A stretch of 42,754 nt of DNA from Deltaproteobacteria bacterium. Lineage in GTDB: Bacteria; Desulfobacterota; GWC2-55-46; UBA9637. The translations under genes and the position numbers were made by a program. Positions 7,958 through 17,267 of the stretch are shown piece after piece. How positions within the stretch are numbered: position 1 is the first letter of the stretch; every line of letters begins with the position of its first letter. Under the pieces are notes generated by a model. The model was not told where the DNA came from. It did no database searches and saw only the letters and a list, made by a program, of their open reading frames with translations. The stretch is taken from positions 1 to 42,754 of the forward strand of contig JACQEJ010000084.1 in NCBI GenBank assembly GCA_016200645.1. The letters are read 5' to 3'.

Positions 7958-9762
7958 TGATCCCTCAGGACAAAATAGATGAAATAAGAGAACGAGTCAA
8001 TATAGTTGATATAGTCGCAGATTATGTCCAACTAAAAAAGAGCGGCAAGAACCATATCGGACTCTGCCCATTCCATTCAGAAAAAACACCATCCTTTACC
8101 GTAAACGATGAAAAACAGATATTCTACTGCTTTGGCTGCTCTACAGGCGGAAACGCATTTACCTTTCTTATGAAGCAGGAGAACCTCTCGTTTCCGGAGG
8201 CTATAAGGACCATTGCCAAGAGGGTCGGGATTGACCTGTCACTGCCGGACAAGAAGATTTCAGGCGAAGGAAACCAGCGGGAGCTCATGTTTTTAGCCAA
8301 TCATGCGGCTCAGGATTTCTTTCACCAATATCTCTTGACATCCCCTGCCGCAGAACCGGCCCGGCAATATATCAGAAAACGAGGATTAAAGCCTGAGATC
8401 GTCAAAGGTTTTAAAATAGGCTTTGCGCCGCAAGGCCGTGACAACCTTGCAAAATTCTTTGAGAAGAAAGGTATATCTCTGGAGATAGCAGAAAAGGCCG
8501 GGCTTATAAACAGAGGAGAAAGAGATTTTTATGACAGGTTCAGAAACAGGATTATGTTCCCGATAGCAGATGTCAAAAACAGGGTTGTCGGCTTTGGCGG
8601 AAGGGCAATGGGAAATGAGGAACCGAAATATCTCAACTCCCCCACCTCGCCGCTCTTTAAAAAGGGCGAAGTGGTCTACGGCATATATCAGGCCAGAACC
8701 GCTGCGTCAAATAAGGGTTTTGTCTTAGTCGTAGAGGGGTATTTCGACCTTCTTATGCTCCACCAATACGGTTTTTTAAATTCTGTGGCAACCCTTGGAA
8801 CCGCCCTCACCGCGCATCATATCAGGAAACTTAAGGGATATGCAAAGGAAGTCTATACGCTTTTTGATTCAGACGAGGCAGGAAAGGCCGCTGCCTTAAA
8901 GAGCCTCCCCCTATTCATAGAAGAGGATATGCACGCCAGGGTTGTCCTTATACCCACTGGTTTGGACCCCGATGACCTTCTTCAAAAGCAGGGCGCTCAA
9001 GGCATGGCACAGTATATTGAAAAGGCCAAACCCGTCATGGATTTCTTTCTGGACTGCCTCAGAATAAAATTTGACGGCGAGACGCCGAGCAGCAAGATTT
9101 CTTTTCTGGAAGAGGCTGCGCCCTATGTCGTGAGCATGAAGAATGCAGCGACAAGGGATATCTATGTGGAAAAGATTGCCGATATTCTCCATATCAGACC
9201 GGATGCCGTTCTCTCAACAGTAAGGGCTGCTGCAGAGCCGTTATCCGGCAAATCCAGAGTCCGCCACGCCCCTACGACAAATGAAATAATAAGCACAGGC
9301 GACTCCATAAAAGCAGAAGAACTCATACTCAAGATTGTGCTTGCCCATCCTCATTTGCATGATGAGTCCGTTGATAAGGCAATAGAAATGTTTAAAACAG
9401 ATTTTTTAAGGGAGGCAGGGAGATTGATTATCAATGCCTTGCGAAAGAAGACAGCCGCCGGGGATAGTTGTGGAAAGGCTGATTTATCAGCGCTTATTGA
9501 TTCCAGCAACGATGATAAGGCAAAGGCGTGGCTCCTGAAGACATCTGTTGAAGATGACGATTCCGTCAAAGAAGAGCCGAAGAGGATACTGGAGGATTGC
9601 TGCAGGAAGGTGATGATGGCAAGCAGATTGAAAAAAGAGACATCCCTTCTCCTAAAAAAACTTGAGGAGGCTGAAAAAAGCGGCGATATGAATAGTTTTA
9701 GATCCTTATCCGACTCTTACCTTTCCATGAAGAGGATTAACAAATTGCAAAACAAATCTTGA
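7954..9762 (+). CDS. dnaG: DNA primase
   Basis: CPFHSEKTPSF...CFGC zinc finger; FRNRIMFP, KYLNSP, VEGYFD, FDSDEAG and DPDD TOPRIM motifs. Confidence 0.97.
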   Translation: MMIPQDKIDEIRERVNIVDIVADYVQLKKSGKNHIGLCPFHSEKTPSFTVNDEKQIFYCFGCSTGGNAFTFLMKQENLSFPEAIRTIAKRVGIDLSLPDKKISGEGNQRELMFLANHAAQDFFHQYLLTSPAAEPARQYIRKRGLKPEIVKGFKIGFAPQGRDNLAKFFEKKGISLEIAEKAGLINRGERDFYDRFRNRIMFPIADVKNRVVGFGGRAMGNEEPKYLNSPTSPLFKKGEVVYGIYQARTAASNKGFVLVVEGYFDLLMLHQYGFLNSVATLGTALTAHHIRKLKGYAKEVYTLFDSDEAGKAAALKSLPLFIEEDMHARVVLIPTGLDPDDLLQKQGAQGMAQYIEKAKPVMDFFLDCLRIKFDGETPSSKISFLEEAAPYVVSMKNAATRDIYVEKIADILHIRPDAVLSTVRAAAEPLSGKSRVRHAPTTNEIISTGDSIKAEELILKIVLAHPHLHDESVDKAIEMFKTDFLREAGRLIINALRKKTAAGDSCGKADLSALIDSSNDDKAKAWLLKTSVEDDDSVKEEPKRILEDCCRKVMMASRLKKETSLLLKKLEEAEKSGDMNSFRSLSDSYLSMKRINKLQNKS

Positions 9763-9787
9763 CAAAGGAACAGCATTTATTTAGTAT
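9759..9787 (+). promoter_or_regulatory. Putative sigma70 promoter for the tRNA-Ile2 transcript
   Basis: TTGACA-17bp-TAGTAT. Confidence 0.6.
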
Positions 9788-9806
9788 AATAAAATTTCAT
9801 GTAAAT

Positions 9807-9873
9807 CCCGCGCCACTTTCCATTACCAAGGCCGAAAATTAGTATATGCCTTGGCGCAGGAAAGTGGCGCGGG
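9807..9873. repeat. 67-bp palindromic element (CCCGCGCCACTTT...AAAGTGGCGCGGG), copy 1
   Basis: Long hairpin; two differences from the copy at 9975-10041; GTAAA on both flanks. Confidence 0.9.
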
Positions 9874-9880
9874 GTAAAAA

Positions 9881-9956
9881 GGGCCCATAGCTCAGTTGGA
9901 AGAGCCACCGGCTCATAACCGGTCGGTCCCTGGTTCGAGTCCAGGTGGGCCCACCA
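9881..9956 (+). tRNA. tRNA with CAT anticodon, most likely tRNA-Ile2 (lysidine)
   Basis: Cloverleaf GGGCCCA/TGGGCCC, CTCATAA loop, TTCGAGT T-loop, encoded CCA; paired G1-C72 argues against fMet. Confidence 0.9.
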
Positions 9957-9974
9957 GGCAGGCTCAATATTTAT

Positions 9975-10041
9975 CCCGCACCACTTTCCATTACCAAGGC
10001 CGAAAATTAGTATATGCCTTGGTGCAGGAAAGTGGCGCGGG
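9975..10041. repeat. 67-bp palindromic element, copy 2
   Basis: Direct repeat of 9807-9873 on the other side of the tRNA. Confidence 0.9.
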
Positions 10042-10059
10042 ATTTGTTAGAGGTATTTT

Positions 10060-10818
10060 TTGGAAAGCCAAATATTACTGCTTAAGAAAATCCAGGACAC
10101 TGATATTCAAATAGGTTTACAGGAGGCGGAGCGCAGGCAGCATGATGCGGATAGAGAAAGACTTGCCTCAGAGGCCAAAGAATATGAAGATAGATTCGAG
10201 ATAATTAAGAACGAGCTGGAAGAATTGGAAAAAACAAGGCTAACATTAGAAGAGGAAGCGGCGCTATCCGCTGATAGAATAAAGAAAAGTGAAGAACGCC
10301 TCAAAAACATAAAAAATGACAGGGAATTCAAGGCCGTTACCAAGGAAATGAACGCAGCAAAAAAGGAAAAACAGACAAAAGAAGGAGAGGTTGGTAAATT
10401 AAGGGAAAAGGTAGACGAGAAAAAAGCCCTGATGAGAGAGCAGGAAGAGACATTAAAGAATAAGAAAACTGAGCTTGAGGCAAAAATAGCATATATTGAA
10501 ACAAATAAAGAGAAATGGGAAAAGACGATAAAAGACAAGAAAGAAGAAAAGACGGCAATTGCTAAAGACATCGCACCTCCCCTTCTCAAAAGGTATGAAA
10601 CAATACGCGAAAAGAGGCAGGGCATTGCCATAGTGCCTGTGGCAGGCGGCACCTGTCAGGGGTGCCATATGAATATACCGCCTCAGGCGTATATACAACT
10701 TCAGAAAGGATCTTCCGATCTGATTTTTTGTCCCCACTGCCACCGCATACTTTATTGGAATCCAGCATTAAAAACTTCCGAACAGGAAAAAGGAAAGCCG
10801 GCCATTAGTAAACATTAG
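10060..10818 (+). CDS. Coiled-coil, C4-type zinc-ribbon protein
   Basis: Long charged coiled coil followed by CQGCHMNIPPQ...CPHCHRILY; TTG start after GAGG. Confidence 0.9.
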   Translation: MESQILLLKKIQDTDIQIGLQEAERRQHDADRERLASEAKEYEDRFEIIKNELEELEKTRLTLEEEAALSADRIKKSEERLKNIKNDREFKAVTKEMNAAKKEKQTKEGEVGKLREKVDEKKALMREQEETLKNKKTELEAKIAYIETNKEKWEKTIKDKKEEKTAIAKDIAPPLLKRYETIREKRQGIAIVPVAGGTCQGCHMNIPPQAYIQLQKGSSDLIFCPHCHRILYWNPALKTSEQEKGKPAISKH

Positions 10819-10861
10819 GCTGAAGAATCTGCCTAACCACAACCTTTTTATCAAGTAAGCA

Positions 10862-11410
10862 TTGAAAGACAACCTTACATATAGGTTCCTCAAAAGATTG
10901 GCAGAAAATCTTGATATGGCCAAAACAATGAAAGAGTTTCCGGAAGTATCTGTTAAGGAGATACATTCTCTTTTTCTCAAACTTGCCGATACCTTTCGGC
11001 CGGAAGATACGGTTCATATCTATGTGGACGGGGCATCAAGGGGGAATCCGGGTGATGCCGGCATCGGCGTGGTTATCACAACTGAGGATGGGAAGATATT
11101 GAAAGCCCTGGGGAAATATATCGGCAAGACTACAAATAATGTGGCAGAATACCAGGCCCTTATTACTGCGTTAGGGGAAGCAAAGTCACTGGGGGGAACA
11201 GAGATTAAGATATTTGCAGATTCAGAGCTTATGGTTAAGCAGATAAAGGGCGAATATAAGGTGAAAAGCGCCGGTCTTTTGCCGCGTTATCAAGAGGCAA
11301 AAACTTTATTGATGAAATTCAGCAAATATGATATTATTCATATAAAGAGGGAAAAGAATGCGGAAGCAGATAGACTTGCAAATCAGGCAATAGATATGAA
11401 GGCTCGCTGA
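10862..11410 (+). CDS. rnhA: Ribonuclease HI family protein
   Basis: YVDGASRGNPG, TNNVAEYQALI, DSELMVKQ and REKNAEADRLAN motifs. Confidence 0.92.
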   Translation: MKDNLTYRFLKRLAENLDMAKTMKEFPEVSVKEIHSLFLKLADTFRPEDTVHIYVDGASRGNPGDAGIGVVITTEDGKILKALGKYIGKTTNNVAEYQALITALGEAKSLGGTEIKIFADSELMVKQIKGEYKVKSAGLLPRYQEAKTLLMKFSKYDIIHIKREKNAEADRLANQAIDMKAR

Positions 11411-11431
11411 AGCGAGATGAGATGGCCGCTG

Positions 11432-11499
11432 CCCAGCGCCACTTTCTGTTACGAAGCATGGCAGAATTATCAAGTTTCGTGCCGGAAAGTGGTGCTGGG
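11432..11499. repeat. Palindromic element (CCCAGCGCCACTTT...AAAGTGGTGCTGGG) in rnpB P3
   Basis: Termini resemble the 67-bp elements flanking tRNA-Ile2. Confidence 0.8.
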
Positions 11500-11549
11500 T
11501 GGAGGAAAGTCCGGACTCCGCAGGGCAGGGAGGTCGCTAACAGCGACCG

Positions 11550-11615
11550 CCCAGCGCCACTTTGCATTGCAAGTCTGATTATAAAATCAGATTCAGCGCG
11601 GCAAAGGGGCGCCGG
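11550..11615. repeat. Palindromic element of the same family at the rnpB P9 position
   Basis: CCCAGCGCCACTTTGC...GCAAAGGGGCGCCGG between the P8 hairpin and AGGGAAAGGGCCACAGAA. Confidence 0.75.
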
Positions 11616-11652
11616 ATAGGGAAAGGGCCACAGAAAACAAACCGCCTAAAAG

Positions 11653-11738
11653 GCAGGGGCTGGGGGCTAGGTATTAGGGGCTGGTTAAATTATTTAATGC
11701 TTTTTACCAGACTCTAGTCTCTAGTCCCTAGTCTCTGT
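11653..11738. repeat. Heptamer inverted array, family F (GGGGCTA/TAGTCYC), in rnpB P12
   Basis: GGGGCTG/GGGGCTA arm pairs with (CTAGTCT/CTAGTCC)n using G-U pairs. Confidence 0.85.
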
Positions 11739-12012
11739 ATTTTTAGGTAAGGGTGAAACGGCGGGGTAAGAGCCCACCGCCCCGATGGTGACATCGGGGG
11801 CAGGGCAACCCCCTCCCGGAGCAAGACCAAATAGGAAGGCATTGAAGGATGGCCCGTCCGCGCCTTCGGGTTGGTCGCTTGAGGCGCTGAGCAATCGGCG
11901 TCCCAGATGAATGGTCATCGCCCTTTTGGGGAACAGAATCCGGCTTACGGTCTCGCTTCAGCGATTTTTTTGTGGTTCTTTTGTATGTTAGTTGAAGAAG
12001 CTGCCTAACTAA

Positions 12013-12226
12013 AAGAGGCATGGGGAATTTTTTCTGTCAAAACAATATTTCCATATTGCCAATGGAACGGCAGAGCAAACCAAATTTAGTAAATCCTATA
12101 CCCCATTGAACTTGCCTGAACAAAGCCTCTGGAAACCTGCCTAGCCTGGCAAAACACGAAGGCATTGGGGTCTTAAAAAAGGCACGGCAAAATTTGTTTT
12201 GACAGAAAAAATTCCCCATGCCTCTT
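12013..12226. mobile_element. 214-bp MITE-like element with 33-bp perfect terminal inverted repeats
   Basis: 12013-12045 is the exact reverse complement of 12194-12226; interior homologous to 27992-28210. Confidence 0.7.
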
Positions 12227-12317
12227 CCAATGAGGTTTTTTTAAAGTAAATTCAACTTTTTTTACGAAAGAATCCTTTTTATAGCATAGAATGAGGAGGC
12301 GCGAATTCTTTCCGTCG

Positions 12318-13217
12318 CTATCCTCTCAGCGCCGCTCCTTTTCGCAGCGATATTCTGCTTCCAAATACACCAAGAACAATCCCCCCTGTAATAAGTCCCA
12401 AAACAAAATAATATGGGGAAAATGGCGCTTCAACCAGTGAAACAAAGGCAAACGGAATCTTCAATATCAATATCTCTCTGGTCAGATATAAAAGAGCAAC
12501 AGCAAGAACAGCCCCTGAAAAACCCTCCAGCATACCTTCGATCAAAAACGGGGCATTGATAAATAGATTGGTCGCCCCCATCAGACTCAGTATCTCAATC
12601 TCTTCTCGCCTGGCGTATATTACAAGTCTTATGGTATTCGACACAATAAACACTGCGGCTATCAGTAGAAAACTGCCTATGATTAAGGCAAATGCTTCTA
12701 TAAATCTAATAAAGGCAAAGAACTTATCAAGCCACTCCTGACCATATTGAACATCCTCAATGCCGCCCATTGTCTTCAATTTTGATATAAGGCCTTTAAC
12801 ACCTTGCGGGTTCCTGAACATTGTCTTTATTTTAATCTCCAGCGATGCCGGGAACGGATTTGCGCCCAGTCCCTCCAATATCCCCTTCTCCCCTCTGAGA
12901 TCATCTTTAAATATCGAAAATGCCTTTTCCTTGGAAACATATTCTACATTCTCCACCTCGCGCATGTCGGCAATTTCTTTCCTGATATTCAAGACTGCGT
13001 CGCCTGACAGACCATCCTTGATGTATGCTGTAATCTGAATCTGGCTGCCGATGCTGTCCAGCATCTTGTTCAGGTTCACAAAAACTCCGAAAAATAACCC
13101 GCACAGGGACAGCGCTATGGCGATGGTTGCCATGGTTACAAGAGATGTTGTGAGATTACCCCTTATATTCTGAAATGCCTCTGAAAAAAAATATATAAGC
13201 CATTTAAGGTAATTCAC
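12318..13217 (-). CDS. ftsX: Cell division permease FtsX
   Basis: Four TM segments; NTIRL...RREEIEI...GAT...PFLIEG; downstream of ftsE. Confidence 0.95.
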   Translation of the reverse strand: MNYLKWLIYFFSEAFQNIRGNLTTSLVTMATIAIALSLCGLFFGVFVNLNKMLDSIGSQIQITAYIKDGLSGDAVLNIRKEIADMREVENVEYVSKEKAFSIFKDDLRGEKGILEGLGANPFPASLEIKIKTMFRNPQGVKGLISKLKTMGGIEDVQYGQEWLDKFFAFIRFIEAFALIIGSFLLIAAVFIVSNTIRLVIYARREEIEILSLMGATNLFINAPFLIEGMLEGFSGAVLAVALLYLTREILILKIPFAFVSLVEAPFSPYYFVLGLITGGIVLGVFGSRISLRKGAALRG

Positions 13218-13228
13218 ATTGCACTCTG

Positions 13229-13879
13229 CTAATTTGCCACCCTCCCTTTATCAAGGAGAATGGCCCTTTTATTAAATCTGTCCATGAGAGATTTGTCATG
13301 GGTGGCTACCACAACCGTAGTTCCCCTGGTATTTATCTCATGAAAAAGGTTGATTATATCCACAGCCCGCTCGGGATCGAGATTTCCTGTGGGCTCATCT
13401 GCGAGAAGGATGGCCGGCTCTTTTGCCAGCGCCCTCGCAATAGCCACTCTCTGCTGTTCGCCGCCTGAAAGCGTTAATGGCTTGAAATTCGCCCTGTGCT
13501 GAAGCCCCAGATAGGAGAGCACCTTAAGAACCCTTTTATTTATATCTTTGTTATCCATGCCCGTAATTCGCAGCGCCAGGGCAATATTCTCAAAAACCGT
13601 TTTGTTGTTTAAAAGCTTAAAATCCTGAAAAACAAAACCTATCTTCCTCCTGAAAAAGGGGATGTCCCGCGGCTTAAATCTCGCTATATTTTTGCCGCCT
13701 ATGATAATCTGTCCCTGAGTTGGCCTCTCCGTATAAAACATAAGTTTTAATAAGGTTGATTTCCCCGCCCCGCTCGCCCCGGTTATAAAAACAAATTCCC
13801 CTTTATCAATCTTAAGGGTCACATCGGTTAACGCCGATACGCCGTCATAGTTTTTGTAAACATGAAACATGTTGATCAT
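13229..13879 (-). CDS. ftsE: Cell division ATP-binding protein FtsE
   Basis: [31 protein letters not shown] and [10 protein letters not shown] motifs. Confidence 0.95.
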   Translation of the reverse strand: MINMFHVYKNYDGVSALTDVTLKIDKGEFVFITGASGAGKSTLLKLMFYTERPTQGQIIIGGKNIARFKPRDIPFFRRKIGFVFQDFKLLNNKTVFENIALALRITGMDNKDINKRVLKVLSYLGLQHRANFKPLTLSGGEQQRVAIARALAKEPAILLADEPTGNLDPERAVDIINLFHEINTRGTTVVVATHDKSLMDRFNKRAILLDKGRVAN

Positions 13880-13950
13880 GCCGCCTAGCTCCGCCCCAAA
13901 AATGCAGAATAAAAAAAGTGAAATTGCGCTTTTAAAAATGTGTCGCTAAT

Positions 13951-14016
13951 AAACAAAAGCCCCTCTCCTCTGACCTCCTGATTTATATCATGGAGGAGGT
14001 GAGAAGAGAAGGGCAA
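13951..14016 (-). terminator. Probable intrinsic terminator after tRNA-Val/Asp
   Basis: Imperfect GC-rich hairpin ending GGGGCTTTTGTTT on the minus strand. Confidence 0.45.
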
Positions 14017-14022
14017 CAAATC

Positions 14023-14099
14023 TGGCGGGGCCGACGGGGCTCGAACCCGCAACTTCCGCCGTGACAGGGCGGTGCTCTAACCAATTGAACTACGGCCCC
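14023..14099 (-). tRNA. tRNA-Asp(GTC)
   Basis: GGGGCCGTAGTTCAATTGG...CTGTCAC...GTTCGAG...GCCA. Confidence 0.97.
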
Positions 14100-14106
14100 A
14101 TATAAA

Positions 14107-14196
14107 ACAGCAGGCAGTATGTGGTAGATAGTAAACAGGAAAAAGAAAGTAAATCCCTGTCTACCGCCTACAGTCTGCTAATTCTGTCTACTGTCT
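14107..14196. repeat. Heptamer inverted array, family C (TAGACAG/CTACTGT), degenerate, between the tRNAs
   Basis: CAGGCAGTA..GTAGATAGTAAACAGG arm and CCCTGTCTACCGCCTAC..TGTCTACTGTC arm. Confidence 0.8.
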
Positions 14197-14201
14197 CTAA
14201 A

Positions 14202-14277
14202 TGGTAGGCGGAACAGGGATCGAACCTGCGACCTCAGCCTTGTAAGGGCTGCGCTCTCCCAACTGAGCTATCCGCCC
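14202..14277 (-). tRNA. tRNA-Val(TAC)
   Basis: GGGCGGATAGCTCAGTTGG...CTTACAA...GTTCGAT...ACCA. Confidence 0.97.
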
Positions 14278-14336
14278 GAATAAAAAGAGGCAGTAACCAG
14301 GCCGGACCATGAATTCTGTATTCTATCAAGCCTGTC

Positions 14337-14612
14337 TTATTTTTTTACTGCGTCTTTCAGACCTTTCCCGGCCTTAAACTTTGGAACCTTTGCTGCGGGA
14401 ATATTAATCTCTTTCCCGGTCTGCGGATTGCGTCCTTTCCGCGCCTTCCTCTTGGAAACGGAAAATGTTCCGAAACCAACAAGACTGACCGTATCCCCCT
14501 TTTTCAAAGATTTGGTTACAGCCTCTGTAAAGGCATTCAATGCCTTTTCAGCAGCAACCTTGGTAATACCAGCCGCTCCTGCCATTGCATCAACGAGTTC
14601 GCCTTTTGTCAT
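14337..14612 (-). CDS. hup: DNA-binding protein HU
   Basis: MTKGELV...GFGTF...RKGRNPQTG...PKFKAGK. Confidence 0.97.
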   Translation of the reverse strand: MTKGELVDAMAGAAGITKVAAEKALNAFTEAVTKSLKKGDTVSLVGFGTFSVSKRKARKGRNPQTGKEINIPAAKVPKFKAGKGLKDAVKK

Positions 14613-14662
14613 ACTTTTCCCTCCTTTTTAGTTTTTAGAATTAGGAATAAAAATTATGTAAA

Positions 14663-14691
14663 GCTATAACAGCTTTACTCAATCCTGTCAA
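14663..14691 (-). promoter_or_regulatory. Putative sigma70 promoter for hup
   Basis: TTGACA-17bp-TATAGC with an extended -10 TG, minus strand. Confidence 0.5.
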
Positions 14692-14731
14692 GGAAATTAT
14701 GACTGCTGATAGGATAGAACGATATAAAGAT

Positions 14732-17176
14732 TCAGTGGGTAATAATCCTGTCATTTTGCGCCGCATCCGGCACAGCCTCTTTCTGATACATATCCTTTTC
14801 CTGCGCCTTCTTAAATATCTCTTCGGGTTTTTCCAGAATCAACGCCTGCCTCAATACATCATCCATATGCTCCACAAAAACAATTTCCACCTTTTTAAGG
14901 ATCTCGGCAGGAATATCTTTTATGTCCTTGTCATTTTCCTTTGGCACCAGAACCTTTGGTATCATACCCCTGTGCGCTGCAAGGATCTTCTCTTTCAGAC
15001 CGCCGATGGGCAAAACCTTTCCGCGAAGCGTAATCTCGCCTGTCATGGCGACATCCTTTTTCACAGGAGCCTTCATAAGACTTGATGCAATTGCAGTGGC
15101 CATGGCAATGCCGGCGGACGGCCCGTCTTTAGGTATGGCGCCTTCTGGCACATGTATGTGTATGTCATTCTTCTGATAAAAATCCTTGTCTATGCCCAGC
15201 ACATCCGCCCTGGAGCGGATATAGGTAAGCGCTGCCTGGGCAGATTCCTGCATGACATCTCCCAGTTTTCCCGTAACCGTCAGCTTGCCTTTCCCCGGCA
15301 CGACGGTCACCTCTATTGATAAGAGCTCGCCACCGGTCTCTGTCCACGCAAGGCCTGTTGAAACGCCAATCTCATCTTTTTCTTCCATCCTGCCGTAGCG
15401 ATACTTTGGTATGCCGAGATACTTACCCAGACCTTTGGCGGAAATCCTTATCTTGATATCCTTTCCCTTTTTCAAAACCTCTTTTGCAGCCTTTCTGCAG
15501 AGAGAGGCAATCTCTCTCTCTAAATTCCTGACACCCGCCTCCCTTGTATATCTTCTGATGATTGACAGGAGGGTCTTATCCGGTATCTCAAGATTCGTGC
15601 CGGAAAGACCGTGGGCCTTTAACTGCTTTGGTATAAGGAATCTTCCGGCTATATGAACCTTCTCAAATTCCGTGTAGCCTGCAATCCTGATTATCTCCAT
15701 TCTGTCCAATAAAGGATAGGGAATCCCCTGCAGACTGTTTGCCGTGGTGATAAACATTACCTTTGAAAGGTCATAGTCTAAGTCCAGATAGTGGTCGTTA
15801 AAAGTGTGGTTTTGCTCCGGGTCTAAAACCTCCAGCAGAGCGGACGCAGGATCGCCTCTGAAATCCGTAGACATCTTGTCAACTTCATCCAGCAGAAAAA
15901 CAGGATTGTTCGCCCCTGCCTTCTTCAAAGACTGGATAATCTTCCCAGGCATAGAGCCGATATATGTCCGCCTGTGCCCCCTTATCTCCGCCTCATCCCT
16001 TACCCCTCCGAGAGATAAGCGGACAAACTTTCTATTTGTTGCCCTTGCAATGGACCTGGCCAGAGAAGTCTTCCCAACCCCAGGAGGCCCCACAAGGCAC
16101 AGTATCGGCCCTTTCATCTCCTCCACAAGACCGTGGACGGCAAGATGTTCTACAATCCTCTCCTTGACCTGCTTTAACCCATAATGATCTTCTTCAAGAC
16201 ATTTCTCCGCCTCAATGATGTCCTTTTTCTCTTCTGTCACATCAAACCACGGGAGGGCCAACAGCCAGTCCAAATAATTCCTCACTACGGTCGCCTCCGC
16301 AGCCATGGGCGCCATGAATTTTAATTTTTTCAGCTCCTGCTTTGCCTTTTTTACAGCCTCCTTGCTCATCTTTTTGTTTTTTATCCGCTCTTCAAGCTCC
16401 TGAAGCTCGCCCTTAAACTCATCCTTTTCTCCAAGCTCTTTCTGGATAGCCTTCATTTGCTCGCTTAAGTAATACTCCTTCTGGGTCTTCTCCATCTGCT
16501 TTTTGACCCTGTTTCGTATCCTCTGTTCAGCCTCAAGTATCTCTATCTCTCCCTCCATAAAGCCATAGAGCCTTTCCAGCCGGTGGGTGGCATTGGTAAG
16601 CTCCAGAAGGGCCTGTTTATCCTGGAGTTTTATGATAAGATGGCTGGCGATGGTATCCGCAAGCCTGCCTGGATCATCAATGGAAGCTACCGACATTATC
16701 ATCTCAGGGGGTATTTTCTTGTTGAGTTTTACATATATTTCAAATGCCTTGACTACATTTCTTATAAGCGCCTCTGTCTCTATGGTCTCGTCTGTTTCCT
16801 CGGCTATCTCGGCAACCTTGACCATAAAACATTCCTTGGAAGGGATAAATTCCTTTATCTGCGCCCTTTTCTTTCCTTCCACAAGCACCTTCACGCTTCC
16901 GTCAGGCAGCCTTAAAAGCTGCAATACGCTGCCCATAGTGCCGACCCTGTATATATCATCAGGCATCGGATCGTCTGTTTTTGCCTTTTTCTGCGCAACG
17001 AGCAAGACGCTTTTATCCTGAGATATGGCAAGTTCCAGGGCCTTTACAGACTTATCCCTGCCCACAAAAAGCGGCACAACCATATGCGGGAAAATCACTA
17101 TATCCCGCAATGGTATGAGGGGGACGGACAACTCCTTTACCTCATCTATTGTATCTTTATTGCTTTTAAAGAACAT
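14732..17176 (-). CDS. lon: Lon protease
   Basis: LON N-domain, [23 protein letters not shown] and IGGLKEK motifs. Confidence 0.98.
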   Translation of the reverse strand: MFFKSNKDTIDEVKELSVPLIPLRDIVIFPHMVVPLFVGRDKSVKALELAISQDKSVLLVAQKKAKTDDPMPDDIYRVGTMGSVLQLLRLPDGSVKVLVEGKKRAQIKEFIPSKECFMVKVAEIAEETDETIETEALIRNVVKAFEIYVKLNKKIPPEMIMSVASIDDPGRLADTIASHLIIKLQDKQALLELTNATHRLERLYGFMEGEIEILEAEQRIRNRVKKQMEKTQKEYYLSEQMKAIQKELGEKDEFKGELQELEERIKNKKMSKEAVKKAKQELKKLKFMAPMAAEATVVRNYLDWLLALPWFDVTEEKKDIIEAEKCLEEDHYGLKQVKERIVEHLAVHGLVEEMKGPILCLVGPPGVGKTSLARSIARATNRKFVRLSLGGVRDEAEIRGHRRTYIGSMPGKIIQSLKKAGANNPVFLLDEVDKMSTDFRGDPASALLEVLDPEQNHTFNDHYLDLDYDLSKVMFITTANSLQGIPYPLLDRMEIIRIAGYTEFEKVHIAGRFLIPKQLKAHGLSGTNLEIPDKTLLSIIRRYTREAGVRNLEREIASLCRKAAKEVLKKGKDIKIRISAKGLGKYLGIPKYRYGRMEEKDEIGVSTGLAWTETGGELLSIEVTVVPGKGKLTVTGKLGDVMQESAQAALTYIRSRADVLGIDKDFYQKNDIHIHVPEGAIPKDGPSAGIAMATAIASSLMKAPVKKDVAMTGEITLRGKVLPIGGLKEKILAAHRGMIPKVLVPKENDKDIKDIPAEILKKVEIVFVEHMDDVLRQALILEKPEEIFKKAQEKDMYQKEAVPDAAQNDRIITH

Positions 17177-17191
17177 TGGTCACCTCGTTTA

Positions 17192-17267
17192 AAATACAGG
17201 CTATGGGCAATGGGCTATAGGCTATGGGTTTTCCTATCGCCTATCGCCTATTGCCTATTGCCTGTCT
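17192..17267. repeat. Heptamer inverted array, family B (GGCTATA/GGCAATA), empty copy
   Basis: 37-bp arm identical to 19230-19266 and 24143-24179; fills the clpX-lon gap. Confidence 0.95.

Larger units (their letters stand above)
11405..11963 (+). ncRNA. rnpB: RNase P RNA (class A), enlarged by three repeat insertions
   Basis: GAGGAAAGTCCGG, CCACAGAAAACAAACCGCC, AAGGGTGAAACGGCGGGGTAAGAGCCCACCG and AACAGAATCCGGCTTAC; P1 = CGCTGAAGCGAGA/TCTCGCTTCAGCG. Confidence 0.95.

Noticed and set aside
9807-10041. attL/attR of an island or a mini-CRISPR around the tRNA
   Set aside because: The repeats are palindromic elements, not tRNA 3'-end duplications, and there is no integrase; the spacer is the tRNA itself.
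9896-10114. 72-aa ORF
   Set aside because: Overlaps the tRNA and a palindromic repeat; spurious.
11334-12219. Short ORFs across rnpB and the 214-bp element
   Set aside because: They overlap a structural RNA and a repeat element and show no protein motifs.
14202-14277. tRNA-Thr(TGT) reading from the plus strand
   Set aside because: The gene is on the minus strand; the loop reads CTTACAA, so it is Val(TAC).
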